Origin: Dehalococcoidia bacterium
GTDB lineage: Bacteria; Chloroflexota; Dehalococcoidia; Lucifugimonadales; UBA2985
Assembly (NCBI GenBank): GCA_015661155.1
Contig: JACVQK010000001.1
Coordinates: 24,261-88,260 of the forward strand
Length of the DNA stretch: 64,000 nt
Direction: 5' to 3'
Shown in pieces: positions 6,747 to 18,836 of the stretch. The notes below the pieces were generated by a model that was given only the letters and a program-made list of their open reading frames with translations, ran no database searches and was not told the origin of the DNA. Within the stretch, counting starts at the first letter, position 1, and each line of letters begins with the position of its first letter. The translations under genes and the position numbers were made by a program.

Positions 6747-8927
6747 TTAAGCTCTGGATTTGGATGAGACCTGGGCTTCCTCCTCGGGGGTGCTGCGGGC
6801 CACGGAGAACACCCCTTCCACCCCTTCCAACCGGGAAAAGAGCCGGCTCAGCTGTCCAACGCCGGTGGTATAGAGGGTCAGGTAAACGGAGCAGATGCTA
6901 TCCTCATGCTCCGTGCTGACCAGGGACGCGATGTTCACCTTGTCCTGGGAAACCAGGGTGGTTATATCCCTCAGCAGGCCCACCCTGTCCCACGCCTCGA
7001 TGTGGAGCCTTACGGGATGAAGGGTCTGGGTCTTCCCCCAGTTTACCTGGACCAGGCGCTCCTTCTCGTCCTCGTTCTGAATGTTGCGGCAGTCCACCCG
7101 GTGGATTGAGACCCCTCTGCCGCGTGTGATGTAGCCCACTATCGCATCTCCTGGGATGGGGTTGCAGCACTGGGAGATGCGGGTCAGCAGGTCTCCTACT
7201 CCCAGCACCTCTATCCCAGAAGAAGGCCACGAGAGGGGAAGGGAGGGGGTGTGCTCCATGGGGGGCGGTTCCTGCTGGGCGGCGAGCTTGGCGGTTACGA
7301 GGGCGATGCTCACGCTGCCGCTTCCCAGGGACGCCAGCAGCTCCGCTCCACTGTCGAACTTGAGGAGAGTGGCCACCTCTTCCTCGTTCATCTTCAGGCT
7401 CAGGCGTCGCAGCTCCTTGTTCAGCAGCTCCCTGCCCCGTTGGATGTTGACCCCCCGCTCCTGCTTGCGGAACCACTGGCGTATCTTCTCCCGGGCGTTG
7501 GCGGTGTTGACATAGCCCAGGTTGGTGTTGAGCCAGTCCAGGCTGGGCCCCCGGGCTACTTTGGTGATGAGGATCTCCACGGTGTCCCCGTTTTTCAGCT
7601 GGGTGTACAGGGGCACCAGCCTGCCGTTCACCTTGCCCCCGATGCAGCGGTGCCCCAGGTCGGTGTGGATGCGGTAGGCGAAGTCGATGGGAGTGGAACC
7701 CGCGGGCAGCTCCTTGATCTCTCCCTTGGGGGTGTACACGAAAACCTGGTCCTGGAAGATGTCCATCTTCACCGAATCGAGGAACTCCGCCGCTCCGGTG
7801 ACCTCCCTCTGCCAGTCCAGGAGCTGCCTCAGCCAGCTCATCTTCTCCTCGAAGTGCGGGTCTTTGGTATCTCCCTCCTTGTATCTCCAGTGAGCGGCCA
7901 CGCCGTACTCCGAGACCTGGTGCATGTCGTAGGTACGGATTTGGACCTCTAGGGGGATGTTCGGCAGGTACATCACCGAGGTGTGGAGCGATTGGTACAT
8001 GTTTTCCTTGGGGCTGGCTATGTAGTCATCGAACTCCCCTGGGATGGGATGCCACAGGCTGTGGATCACTCCCAGGGCGCTGTAGCAGTCCTGAATTTCG
8101 TCGACCAGGATTCTGAGGGCGAAGAGGTCGTAAATCTGCCCAAACTCCTTGCCCTGTTGGGCGTACTTCTCCATCTTCTGGTAAATACTGTATATGTGCT
8201 TTGCCCTTCCCGTAACCTCGGCCTTTACCCCTGCCCTGGTCAGCTCCTCCCTCAGCACCTCGCATATCCGGTCGACGTACTCTTCCCGCTCCTCTCGCTT
8301 GGTTGCCAGGAGGAGGGAGACCTTCCGGTACTCAGTGGGTTGCAGGTAGCTGAAGGCCAGGTCCTCCAGTCGCCATTTGATGTCTCCTATTCCCAGTCGG
8401 TGGGCCAGGGGCGCGTAGATTTCCAGCGTCTCCCTGGCTATGGCGGCCCTCTTCTCGGGAGTGTGAGCCTGGAGGGTCTGCATGTTGTGGAGGCGGTCCG
8501 CCAGCTTGATCAGGACCACCCTTATGTCCTGGGCCATGGCCACCAGCATCTTGCGAAGGCTCTCCGCCTGGCCGTCTTCGTAGCCGTGTCTTATGCCGTC
8601 CCCGGCAACCATCAAATCCATTTTGCTCAGCTTGGTAACTCCGTCTACCAGCTGGACAACCTCTACCCCAAACCTCTGCTCCATCTCCCCATAGCTTACG
8701 CTGCAGTCCTCCATCACATCGTGGAGGAGGGCTGCCACCAGGGTGGCGGTGTCCAGGTGAAGGTCCGCCAGGAAGAGGGCGACGTGCACCGGGTGCTCCA
8801 CGTAGGGTTCGCCGGAGAGGCGCGTCTGCCCCTGGTGGGCCGACTGGGCGAAGCGGTACGCCTGGTCGATTAGCTCCACCTTGTCTGGAGGCAAATAGCT
8901 CTTGGCTGTGGTGAGGAGGTCCTTCAT
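6747..8927 (-). CDS. relA: bifunctional (p)ppGpp synthetase/hydrolase RelA/SpoT family
   Basis: ORF trimmed to MKDLLTTAKSYL at 8927. HD domain (HPVHVALFLADLHLD..LLHDVMED), synthetase domain (YQSLHTSV), and TGS and ACT regions. 726 aa. Confidence 0.95.
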   Translation of the reverse strand: MKDLLTTAKSYLPPDKVELIDQAYRFAQSAHQGQTRLSGEPYVEHPVHVALFLADLHLDTATLVAALLHDVMEDCSVSYGEMEQRFGVEVVQLVDGVTKLSKMDLMVAGDGIRHGYEDGQAESLRKMLVAMAQDIRVVLIKLADRLHNMQTLQAHTPEKRAAIARETLEIYAPLAHRLGIGDIKWRLEDLAFSYLQPTEYRKVSLLLATKREEREEYVDRICEVLREELTRAGVKAEVTGRAKHIYSIYQKMEKYAQQGKEFGQIYDLFALRILVDEIQDCYSALGVIHSLWHPIPGEFDDYIASPKENMYQSLHTSVMYLPNIPLEVQIRTYDMHQVSEYGVAAHWRYKEGDTKDPHFEEKMSWLRQLLDWQREVTGAAEFLDSVKMDIFQDQVFVYTPKGEIKELPAGSTPIDFAYRIHTDLGHRCIGGKVNGRLVPLYTQLKNGDTVEILITKVARGPSLDWLNTNLGYVNTANAREKIRQWFRKQERGVNIQRGRELLNKELRRLSLKMNEEEVATLLKFDSGAELLASLGSGSVSIALVTAKLAAQQEPPPMEHTPSLPLSWPSSGIEVLGVGDLLTRISQCCNPIPGDAIVGYITRGRGVSIHRVDCRNIQNEDEKERLVQVNWGKTQTLHPVRLHIEAWDRVGLLRDITTLVSQDKVNIASLVSTEHEDSICSVYLTLYTTGVGQLSRLFSRLEGVEGVFSVARSTPEEEAQVSSKSRA

Positions 8928-9059
8928 CTTGTATAGCCGAAAACCGATGGGTTTACAAAGGAAGTATAACCAACTATCTCTCTTCCTGCAATTATCTCGC
9001 CTTGGCAAACCCTCTCCCGTGGGTTATCCTTCTCTCTGAGCGCTGGAAGGAGGTGCACC

Positions 9060-10310
9060 TTGTATCGCGCGCCCAGGGGAACAGCGGACGTTCTGCCGGA
9101 AGAGCAGGGGTACTGGCGCTACATAGAGGCCAGGGCCAGGGCCCTGGGGCAGCGCTTTGGCTACCAGAGGCTTGACACCCCCGTGTTCGAGCAGACCGCC
9201 TTGTTCGTGCGAGGCGTGGGCCAGGGCACGGACATAGTGGAGAAGGAGATGTACTCCTTCTTGGACCGCGGTGGCGACTCCATGACCCTGCGCCCCGAGG
9301 GCACGGCTCCTGTCTGCCGGGCCTACCTGGAGCACGGCATGCACAACCAGCCTCAGCCGGTGCGCCTGTACTACTTCAGCCCCGCCTTCCGCTACGAGCG
9401 TCCCCAGGCGGGGCGGTTCCGACAGCACCATCAGTTCGGCGTGGAGGCCCTGGGAGACGGCGATCCCTCCGTGGACGCCGAGATTGTGGAGATGGCATGG
9501 CGTTTGATGGAGGACCTGGGCCTGAGAGACCTCACATTGCTCCTCAATAGCATAGGCGACTCAGAGTGCAGACCGGCCTACCTGGAGCACCTCAGGGCCT
9601 ACTACGCGTCCCGGGTTGAGCGCCTCTGCCAGGACTGCCGGGGGAGATTGGAGCGCAGTCCCCTGCGGCTTCTGGACTGCAAGCAGGAGGCGTGCCAGGC
9701 CCTGGCTCAGGAGGCCCCCCGTTCCATAGATCACCTCTGCCATCCGTGTCGGGACCACTGGGAGGAGCTGATGAAGTGCTTGCGGAGGCTGGACATCCCC
9801 TTCCGGGTGGAGCCCAGGCTGGTGCGTGGTCTGGACTATTACACCCGTACCGTTTTTGAGATTCAGCCTCCGGAGGAGAGGGCCCAGAGCACCCTCTGCG
9901 CAGGAGGGCGCTACGACGGGCTTATTCAGGAGCTGGGAGGCCCTCCTACGCCGGGTATCGGCTTTGCCGCGGGCATGGAGCGCATGGTCTCCAACGTCAA
10001 GGGCCAGGGGGTGCCTGTGCCCCAGGAGGAGTCCGTAAGGGTGGTCATAGCCTATCTGGGGGATGAGGCCAAGGGGGAGGCTCTCTCCCTGGCCTCTCAG
10101 CTGAGGAGCAAGGGTATAGGAGCAGTCCTGGCCCCCGCCGGCAAGAGCCTGCGGGCCCAGATGCGCTATGCCAACTCCCTGGGGGTGTCCTACGCCCTGA
10201 TCCTGGGGGAGGAGGAGATGAGAAGCGGCTCTGCGCTCCTTCGCGACATGGCGAAGGGGGAGCAGAGGGTGGTGCCCCTTCAAGGAGTGGCAGAGGAGCT
10301 AGCCAACTAG
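9060..10310 (+). CDS. hisS: histidine--tRNA ligase
   Basis: TTG start after GGAAGGAGG. MYRAPRGTADVLPEE..LRPEGTAPVCRAY..YYFSPAFRYERPQAGRFRQHHQFGVE are class II HisRS motifs. Confidence 0.95.
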   Translation: MYRAPRGTADVLPEEQGYWRYIEARARALGQRFGYQRLDTPVFEQTALFVRGVGQGTDIVEKEMYSFLDRGGDSMTLRPEGTAPVCRAYLEHGMHNQPQPVRLYYFSPAFRYERPQAGRFRQHHQFGVEALGDGDPSVDAEIVEMAWRLMEDLGLRDLTLLLNSIGDSECRPAYLEHLRAYYASRVERLCQDCRGRLERSPLRLLDCKQEACQALAQEAPRSIDHLCHPCRDHWEELMKCLRRLDIPFRVEPRLVRGLDYYTRTVFEIQPPEERAQSTLCAGGRYDGLIQELGGPPTPGIGFAAGMERMVSNVKGQGVPVPQEESVRVVIAYLGDEAKGEALSLASQLRSKGIGAVLAPAGKSLRAQMRYANSLGVSYALILGEEEMRSGSALLRDMAKGEQRVVPLQGVAEELAN

Positions 10311-10317
10311 CAGGCTG

Positions 10318-10472
10318 CCGAAAAAGGGGGAGTGCAGAGGGGCGCAGCCCTTTGCCGAGGGTCTGGGGGTGTCCCCCAGACTGGGCTTGGCCCAGACCCA
10401 CACCTTACGAACCGTAGAATATGGTCAGACCAGACCTGCAATAGTTGAGTGTGGGTGCAGGGCACGTCCTGC
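10318..10472. repeat. composite intergenic repeat (left arm B, core hairpin, inner module 1)
   Basis: AAAAAGGGGGAGTGCAGAGGGGCGCAGCCC..GAGGGTCTGGGGGTGTCCCCCAGA-CTGGGCTTGGCCCAGACCCACACCTTACGAACCGTAGAATATGGTCAGACCAG..GAGTGTGGGTGCAGGGCACGTCCTGC. Near-copy at 51866. Confidence 0.9.
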
Positions 10473-10762
10473 TAGCATTTGCCCCTGGCGACCACCTTTT
10501 CGCAGGGGCTGGAAGGCCATACCTCTACGCTACCAGCTTGGGCAAAGGGCGACATGTACTCCCGCACCTTGTCGGCGTTCTCTGCCTCAAGGAACAGGTA
10601 GAGGGTGTGGCGCCCGTCCAGGACGGCCTCTCCCTTGATCTTGACGCCGAATTTGGCCGCGTTGGCCGCGGACAGGTGCTTCAAGAGCATGGGGGCCATC
10701 TGGGGATGGCCCGCGGGGCAGCCCTCGGCGGGATGCTGGTGTTGCACTACGAACATAGACAT
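10472..10762 (-). CDS. conserved-looking small Cys-containing protein, function unknown
   Basis: ATG at 10762 with AAGGAG RBS. MSMFVVQHQHPAEGCPAGHP... 96 aa. Confidence 0.55.
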   Translation of the reverse strand: MSMFVVQHQHPAEGCPAGHPQMAPMLLKHLSAANAAKFGVKIKGEAVLDGRHTLYLFLEAENADKVREYMSPFAQAGSVEVWPSSPCEKVVARGKC

Positions 10763-10869
10763 ATCGTCTCCTTTATAAGCAGCTTCAACTTTCGGGTGCA
10801 TTTTCGCACAGCACCCATTGTGCTTCTATTGTAGTTCTGGGTAGGCAGGAGCGTCAACCGACGGGCTGC

Positions 10870-11622
10870 TTACAGCCCCTGGATGGCCCTTCGTTGTGCT
10901 TCGAGGTGGTGTGCAATGCCTCTCTCCGCGAGGGATAGCAGCCCATCCATGGTGGCCCTGGAGAAGGGCTTTCCCTCGGCGGTGCCCTGCACCTCCACCA
11001 GCTCCCCCGCCTCGGTCATAACCACGTTGAAATCCACCCCCGCGCGGGAGTCCTCGTCGTAGCAGAGGTCCAGGGCCATCTCCCCATCCACCACCCCAAC
11101 GCTTATCGCGGCCACCGCCTCTCGGAGGGGGACGGAGGGGATGACGCCTGTCCTGACCATGTGCAGCATGGCCTGGTAGAGGGCCACGTAGGAGCCGGTG
11201 ATGGCGGCGGTGCGGGTCCCACCGTCGGCTTGTATCACGTCGCAGTCCATGACCAGGGTACGTTCTCCCAGGGCCTCCATATTCGTCACTGCCCGCAGGG
11301 AGCGGCCAATGAGGCGTTGTATCTCCTGGGTACGGCCGTCGACCTGGCCCGAATCGCCATTTCTGGGCCTTCGGGTCAGGGTGGAGCGGGGTAGCATCCC
11401 GTACTCCGCGGTTACCCACCCCTTTCTCTGCCCCCGCAGGAAGTTCGGCACTCGCTCCTCCAGGGATGCGGTGCAGATGACCCTGGTCTCCCCCACCTCT
11501 ATCAGGACGGAGCCTTCCGGAAACAACAGGTAAGACGGGGTTATCTTCACCTTACGGGGCTCGTCGTTGGCCCTGCCATCTGCTCTGAACAATAGCCCTC
11601 CTTTTGTCCCTATCCTGCCCAT
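10870..11622 (-). CDS. rph: ribonuclease PH
   Basis: [55 protein letters not shown] is the RNase PH pattern. Start set at MGRIG (11622); exact start uncertain. Confidence 0.9.
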   Translation of the reverse strand: MGRIGTKGGLLFRADGRANDEPRKVKITPSYLLFPEGSVLIEVGETRVICTASLEERVPNFLRGQRKGWVTAEYGMLPRSTLTRRPRNGDSGQVDGRTQEIQRLIGRSLRAVTNMEALGERTLVMDCDVIQADGGTRTAAITGSYVALYQAMLHMVRTGVIPSVPLREAVAAISVGVVDGEMALDLCYDEDSRAGVDFNVVMTEAGELVEVQGTAEGKPFSRATMDGLLSLAERGIAHHLEAQRRAIQGL

Positions 11623-11671
11623 GCCAGTATACCACCCCGGTGAATCGGGGCATCTCAGTTCGCCCATTAAC

Positions 11672-11860
11672 AGGGTGAGGGAAAAGGGGGAGTGCAGAGG
11701 GGCGCAGCCCCTTTGACGGGGGTTTGGGGGTGTCCCCCAGATTCAAATTCCTCCCCCCTTCCTGGCCAGGAAGGGGGCCAGGGGGATGGTCGAAAGGGTT
11801 TTCCAACACTCTGATAATGTCTCTGAGAAGTGTGGGTGCAGAGCTCGCACTGCCTCCCGC
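11672..11860. repeat. composite intergenic repeat (left arm B, core hairpin, right arm type 1, fragment of inner module)
   Basis: GGGAAAAGGGGGAGTGCAGAGGGGCGCAGCCCC..GGGGGTTTGGGGGTGTCCCCCAGATTCAAATTC..CCCCTTCCTGGCCAGGAAGGGGG..GGATGGTCGAAAGGGTTTT..GTGTGGGTGCAGAGC. Confidence 0.9.
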
Positions 11861-11940
11861 AAGGTGGACGTCTTGCCAGAGGCTCCGCTATACTGGTCTG
11901 GAGCGTTACTCTCTCCTGCTTGTACTCATGGAGGCTGGCA

Positions 11941-13248
11941 GTGGCCGAGATACAACCCTTCAAGGGAATACGTTACAACCCCCAGCTAGCCAGTAACCTG
12001 GAGCGACTGCTGTGCCCTCCCTACGACGTCATCACGCCGGAGCAGCAGCGGGAGCTGCACAACAGAAGCCCCTACAACGTCATCCGCCTGGAGCTGGGGA
12101 TGAGCCAACCCTCGGACTCCGATGGGGCCAACCGCTACACCAGGGCCGCCGCCCTGCTGGAGGAGTGGCTGGGCCAGGGGGTACTGGTTTCTGAGAAGAA
12201 GGCCGCCTTTTATCTCCTCCAAGAGGAGTTCCCCCATCTGGGTCGTGTCAGGACCCGCCGCTCCCTGCTGGCCAGGGTGCGACTGGAGGACTTCTCCCGC
12301 AGAGTGGTCATCCCTCACGAGGAGACCTCCCAGGGGCCAAAGAGGGACAGGATGGAGCTGCTGAAGGCCACCAGGGCCAACCTGAGTCCTATCATGGGCA
12401 TATACCGCGATCCCTCTGGAGACCTGAGCGCCCTCCTGGGCAGGGCGATGGCGGGACCTCCCCTGGTACGCGCCGATTACGGTGACTCCCATATACGATT
12501 GTGGGCTCTCGCTGAGGAGGGGGCCATGGAGGCGATTCGAGGGTCGCTGAAAGACGCTCCCGTCTTTCTGGCCGATGGGCATCACCGGTACGAAACGGCC
12601 CTCCTCTACCGGGACATTCAGAGGGCCAGAGGGGGAGCACGGGACGGAGAGGACGGCCACGGCTTCGTCATGATGACTCTCACGGAGATAAGTGACCCCG
12701 GGCTGCTCGCCCTCCCGTACCATCGCCTGGTCAGGGGTCTGTCCCCCGGGGAACTGGAGAGGGTGGTGGCGCTGGCGAAGAAGACCTTTGCCCCCATCTC
12801 TCTGGCTGCCAAACCTGGCCTTGACGACGAGGCTGCTCTTCACCTGATGGAGCAGCTGGAGGGCGTTGCCAGGACGCAGGTGGCCCTTGGCCTGCTGGAG
12901 CACGGCGCTGAGGGGGCCTCCATCCTCGCTCTACGAGGCTCCCCGGGGGCTTCATCCTCTCCCCTGGAGCGGTGCGCCACCTGGGTTCTGGCGAAGAGGG
13001 TGCTGGAGCCTGGGTTGAGGAGTCAGGAAGAGGCCGTGGAGAGAGGGATTCTGCGCTTCACGCCCGATCCCCAGGAGGTCTACCGTCTGGTGAGAGGCGG
13101 TGACTTTCAGATGGGTTTCCTTCTCCCTCCCCTGGATATGGACCTCTTCGAGGAGGTGGTGCTATCTGGAGAGCGGATGCCCCTCAAGTCCACCTACTTC
13201 ACTCCCAAGCTGCCCACCGGGCTGGTGATAAACCGCCTGGTGGGATGA
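11941..13248 (+). CDS. DUF1015 family protein
   Basis: GTG at 11941 with GGAGG 7 nt upstream. AEIQPFKGIRYNPQ..LLCPPYDVITPEQQREL..ADGHHRYETAL is typical of DUF1015. The upstream part of the tracked ORF lies inside a repeat. Confidence 0.85.
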   Translation: MAEIQPFKGIRYNPQLASNLERLLCPPYDVITPEQQRELHNRSPYNVIRLELGMSQPSDSDGANRYTRAAALLEEWLGQGVLVSEKKAAFYLLQEEFPHLGRVRTRRSLLARVRLEDFSRRVVIPHEETSQGPKRDRMELLKATRANLSPIMGIYRDPSGDLSALLGRAMAGPPLVRADYGDSHIRLWALAEEGAMEAIRGSLKDAPVFLADGHHRYETALLYRDIQRARGGARDGEDGHGFVMMTLTEISDPGLLALPYHRLVRGLSPGELERVVALAKKTFAPISLAAKPGLDDEAALHLMEQLEGVARTQVALGLLEHGAEGASILALRGSPGASSSPLERCATWVLAKRVLEPGLRSQEEAVERGILRFTPDPQEVYRLVRGGDFQMGFLLPPLDMDLFEEVVLSGERMPLKSTYFTPKLPTGLVINRLVG

Positions 13249-13255
13249 TGGACAA

Positions 13256-13380
13256 GCATGGTGTTTTAAAACCCCCTTCGACCATCCCCCTAGCCCCCTT
13301 TCTGGACAGGAAGGGGGAAGAGTTTAAATCTGGGGGACACCCCCAGACCCCCGGCGGGGGCTTCGCCCCCTGCACCCCCA
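13256..13380. repeat. composite intergenic repeat, reverse orientation (right arm type 1, core, left arm B-like)
   Basis: ..CCCTTCGACCATCCCCCTAGCCCCCTTTCTGGACAGGAAGGGGGAAGAGTTTAAATCTGGGGGACACCCCCAGACCCCCGGCGGGGGCTTCGCCCCCTGCACCCCC. Confidence 0.9.
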
Positions 13381-13389
13381 TATGTTGCT

Positions 13390-13620
13390 CTAGTAGCCTG
13401 ATCGCCGCCACCAGCGAACGCCCATGGTGCGTCCCACGGCGGCGATGAGGGGCGCTACCGCTATCCAGAGGGCGATGGTCACCAGCATAGCGCCAGTGTA
13501 GCTGATGGTCTGGATTCCAACGTCGTCGGCGATGATGCCCCAGAATATCATGGTGATCCACGAGCTGAAGAAGAAGCTGACTCCCGCGGAAGGGATGGCC
13601 AGGATGGCAAGACAACCCAT
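13390..13620 (-). CDS. small membrane protein (2 TM)
   Basis: 76-aa hydrophobic ORF between two repeat loci. No homology recognised. Confidence 0.4.
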   Translation of the reverse strand: MGCLAILAIPSAGVSFFFSSWITMIFWGIIADDVGIQTISYTGAMLVTIALWIAVAPLIAAVGRTMGVRWWRRSGY

Positions 13621-13799
13621 GAGAGACCTCCATGGAGCGAACGGGCCCTATCTCGATTTTATCCCTTAGAACCCTGACCGCCTGGGACAAATGTGAGGTT
13701 AGCCGGGGTTCCTCGCGCTGTCAATGGTCACCTCTCTACGCTATACTTGTCCTCGATTAGAGCAGCCACGTTACTCAGCCCCAGCCTTCGCCAGTAGAG

Positions 13800-16053
<2,254 letters not shown>

Positions 16054-16087
16054 GCCTTGAGTAAATATCTAAGCAGACGTCCTACCC

Positions 16088-16157
16088 CCTCTCTGACTCT
16101 CCCCCGTTGCACGTGGGAGAGAAATCCCTTCCCCCCTTTGGGGGGAAGGTTAGGATG
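16088..16157. repeat. short hairpin repeats
   Basis: CTCTCCC-N11-GGGAGAG and CCCTTCCCCCC-TTT-GGGGGGAAGGTTAGGATG. The second matches the module at 5412-5445. Confidence 0.75.
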
Positions 16158-18227
16158 TGGGAAAAGTTTAGCTCATCGTTCAAGGCTCAGTGGGGCATCA
16201 TGACCTCTTACTCAGCGTACCGAGAGAGCCTGGACCTGTCATCGCTCTTCTCCCCCCGCATGGAGGGGCAGCCCCAGCCCTGGAGCGCCCTCCATCTGGG
16301 AGTCCCCTATCCAGGCGAGGTTATCGTGGCCTCCCGATGGGACGACAGTTGGGGCAAAGAGCTGACGGGCGAGTGCTACTTTCGCATCATCCTCCTCACC
16401 TCTCGCTCGCGGTTGCCCCTGTCCTCCCTGAGGGACGCCCGGATAGTGGCGTGCATTCCCTCTCAGGAGGTGCTCCGCCAGAGGGAGAGCCTAGACCGGG
16501 AGCTGAGGTCCATCGCCGAAGCCAGGGGGCTGTACGTCACCCGAAGGCAGGCGGACTCATCGGCGCTGCGCTCCTCCCTGGAGCAGCGGGAGGTGGAGCT
16601 ACGAGGGGAGTTCCTGGAGGGTTGTTCCCGCTCCTACGGGTCGGGCCAGATAGTAAGCGCGGCGAGCCTGGACGTAGAGCCGGGGCGCATCTTCGCTGCC
16701 TCTGATCCCGCTCTATGGCTACGAGACCTGGCAGGGGCCATCCTTGCTAGAGTCTATCCCACCCTTCCCATAGAGTCGGGGGCCTTCTCACGCCCCCTCC
16801 TTGAGGAGGAGTTGCAGGGCCTCTTCGATACTCTCATGGCCGGAGCCCCCCCGGCTACAACGGACGAGGCCATGGCATCCTTCGCTGTGGGCCTGGGACT
16901 GGCCCGCAGGGGAGACCCCTCCGCCTTCGACCCCCCGGAGTGTGCCGTGTTCGAGCTGATCCGACGGGAGCTGGAGCGCCGGGGGCCCAGGCTCGCCATC
17001 CAGGACATCACCCAGCTCCTGGGACACTCCCACGGCCTACCCCTTCCCCTGGTCGCCCTGTTCCTTCTGGCCTTTGTGAAGCACAGCCACCCCGAAACAG
17101 AGCTGGACCTGGCCGCCGACCACTCCCTGGTCACGCGGGATAGGAATCCATTCCCAGGCGATCGCCTCACCTGGGAGATGGTGGGGCAAATCCGGTGGCA
17201 CCGGGACATGTACGGATTCCTCACCTCCCTCCATCTGCCGGAGCCTCCCCTGTGGAACACTGCCCTGCCCTTCATTCGGGTCATAGACCCCGGGGCTGAG
17301 AGGGCTGCCCCCTCAGAGGTGCCATCGAGAGAGGCCGCGCTGCTTCCCAGGCTGAGGGAGCTTTCCGAGGCTGCCCGGCAAGCCCTGGTGGACATTCGGC
17401 CCCTGCTGGATGCCGAGGAGGTGTCCGAGGCCGAAAGCAGGCTACAGGCCCTGATATCCCTGGGGCAGAGCGCTGACTATCAGCAGTTCTACCGCGGTGT
17501 GCGGGAGAGCTTCCAAGGCCCTCGCTCCCTGGCCCGAGAGCGTCACCTGCCGGCCCAGGCGCGCCTGCTCAAAGCCGTGTCCCCCCAGGTATCGGCGGTG
17601 CGGTCGTACCTGAAGGACATGACCTTCGGGCCCCAGGAGAGCGCCCTCTCTCTAAACCAGAGGGCCTTGCTCCTTGAGACCAGCCCCATTCATATCCTGG
17701 AGAATCCAGCCCTATGGCCCGCTATTGACGAGAGGTTCGAGCGCCTCCGCCAGGCTTATCGAGAACTCTACATAAGACATCACGCCCAGTACCGTAAAGA
17801 GGCGTCCGCCCTCTGGGCACGCCTCCAACATGCCCTGCCCCTGGTGGAGGCCCTGGAGCAGCTCAACTCCATCGCCGAGCTGGGCCTGCCCGTGGGGGCG
17901 GACCTCCCGTACCAGTTCGAGGCGCTGAACACCGCCCTCAAGATGTGCCCCGCCCCTGAAGAGGAGGTCCAACTGGAGGAGCGCCCCATGTGCCCCTACT
18001 GTGGCCTCCGATTGTCGGAGAGCATACCCCATCAGGAGATAGAGGCTATCCAGGAGCAGAACCGCCGCCTCAGCCTCCACGGCATCCAGCAGATTCTGGG
18101 GCAAGAGGGGGAGGGGGTGGTGGACAAGCTCATAAGGATAGTCCGCATCGCGGACCTGACCCCCCTCTCCAGCGTGCTTAGCCCCCAGGTGGTGGCATTC
18201 TTGCGGAGCTTTGCCACCAGCCCATGA
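16155..18227 (+). CDS. large uncharacterised protein (~690 aa), single CxxC near the C-terminus
   Basis: Uninterrupted ORF with genome-typical GC. Its stop overlaps the pth ATG (ATGA). No P-loop or other catalytic motif recognised. Start uncertain (16155 or 16200). Confidence 0.7.
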   Translation: MWEKFSSSFKAQWGIMTSYSAYRESLDLSSLFSPRMEGQPQPWSALHLGVPYPGEVIVASRWDDSWGKELTGECYFRIILLTSRSRLPLSSLRDARIVACIPSQEVLRQRESLDRELRSIAEARGLYVTRRQADSSALRSSLEQREVELRGEFLEGCSRSYGSGQIVSAASLDVEPGRIFAASDPALWLRDLAGAILARVYPTLPIESGAFSRPLLEEELQGLFDTLMAGAPPATTDEAMASFAVGLGLARRGDPSAFDPPECAVFELIRRELERRGPRLAIQDITQLLGHSHGLPLPLVALFLLAFVKHSHPETELDLAADHSLVTRDRNPFPGDRLTWEMVGQIRWHRDMYGFLTSLHLPEPPLWNTALPFIRVIDPGAERAAPSEVPSREAALLPRLRELSEAARQALVDIRPLLDAEEVSEAESRLQALISLGQSADYQQFYRGVRESFQGPRSLARERHLPAQARLLKAVSPQVSAVRSYLKDMTFGPQESALSLNQRALLLETSPIHILENPALWPAIDERFERLRQAYRELYIRHHAQYRKEASALWARLQHALPLVEALEQLNSIAELGLPVGADLPYQFEALNTALKMCPAPEEEVQLEERPMCPYCGLRLSESIPHQEIEAIQEQNRRLSLHGIQQILGQEGEGVVDKLIRIVRIADLTPLSSVLSPQVVAFLRSFATSP

Positions 18228-18781
18228 AGCTCATAGTGGGGTTGGGGAATCCGGGCAGCGCGTACGCCAGCAGCAGGCACAACGTGGGCTTCCGTTGCAT
18301 CGAGGGCATCAGCCGCCATGCCGGTATCCCCCTGTCTGAGCGGCGACGCACCACCATCTTAGGCCAGGGCAAGCTGGAAGGAGAGGAGGTGGTGCTGGCC
18401 AAGCCCCGCACCTTCATGAACAACAGCGGGGAGGCCGTATCCTACCTGTTGAGCCGCTTTCCCACGCCCCTTGGGGACCTGCTCATCATCTACGACGACA
18501 TGGACCTTCCCCTGGGGAAGGTGCGCATCCGGCCCTCGGGAAGCGCCGGGGGGCACCGGGGCATGGAGTCCATCGTGTCCGCCCTGGGGAGCGTGGACTT
18601 TCCCCGCATCCGCGTGGGCATAGGTCGCCCTCCGCCGGGTGTGGAGGAGATAAAGCACGTCCTTGGCCCCTTCACCGCCGAGGAGAATCCCCTCATCCAG
18701 GAGGCGTTGGTCACGGTGCGGGACGCGGTGATAGACATACTGGCCAACGGCCTTGACTGGGCCATGAACCGGTACAACTAA
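18224..18781 (+). CDS. pth: peptidyl-tRNA hydrolase
   Basis: MKLIVGLGNPGSAYASSRHNVGF..AKPRTFMNNSGEAV..DDMDLPLGKVRIRPSGSAGGHRG is the canonical Pth pattern. Confidence 0.95.
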   Translation: MKLIVGLGNPGSAYASSRHNVGFRCIEGISRHAGIPLSERRRTTILGQGKLEGEEVVLAKPRTFMNNSGEAVSYLLSRFPTPLGDLLIIYDDMDLPLGKVRIRPSGSAGGHRGMESIVSALGSVDFPRIRVGIGRPPPGVEEIKHVLGPFTAEENPLIQEALVTVRDAVIDILANGLDWAMNRYN

Positions 18782-18836
18782 TACCTGGTTGCAAAAGCTC
18801 ATGGACTTTCTGGGGGGACTTGATTGAGCGAAGTTG

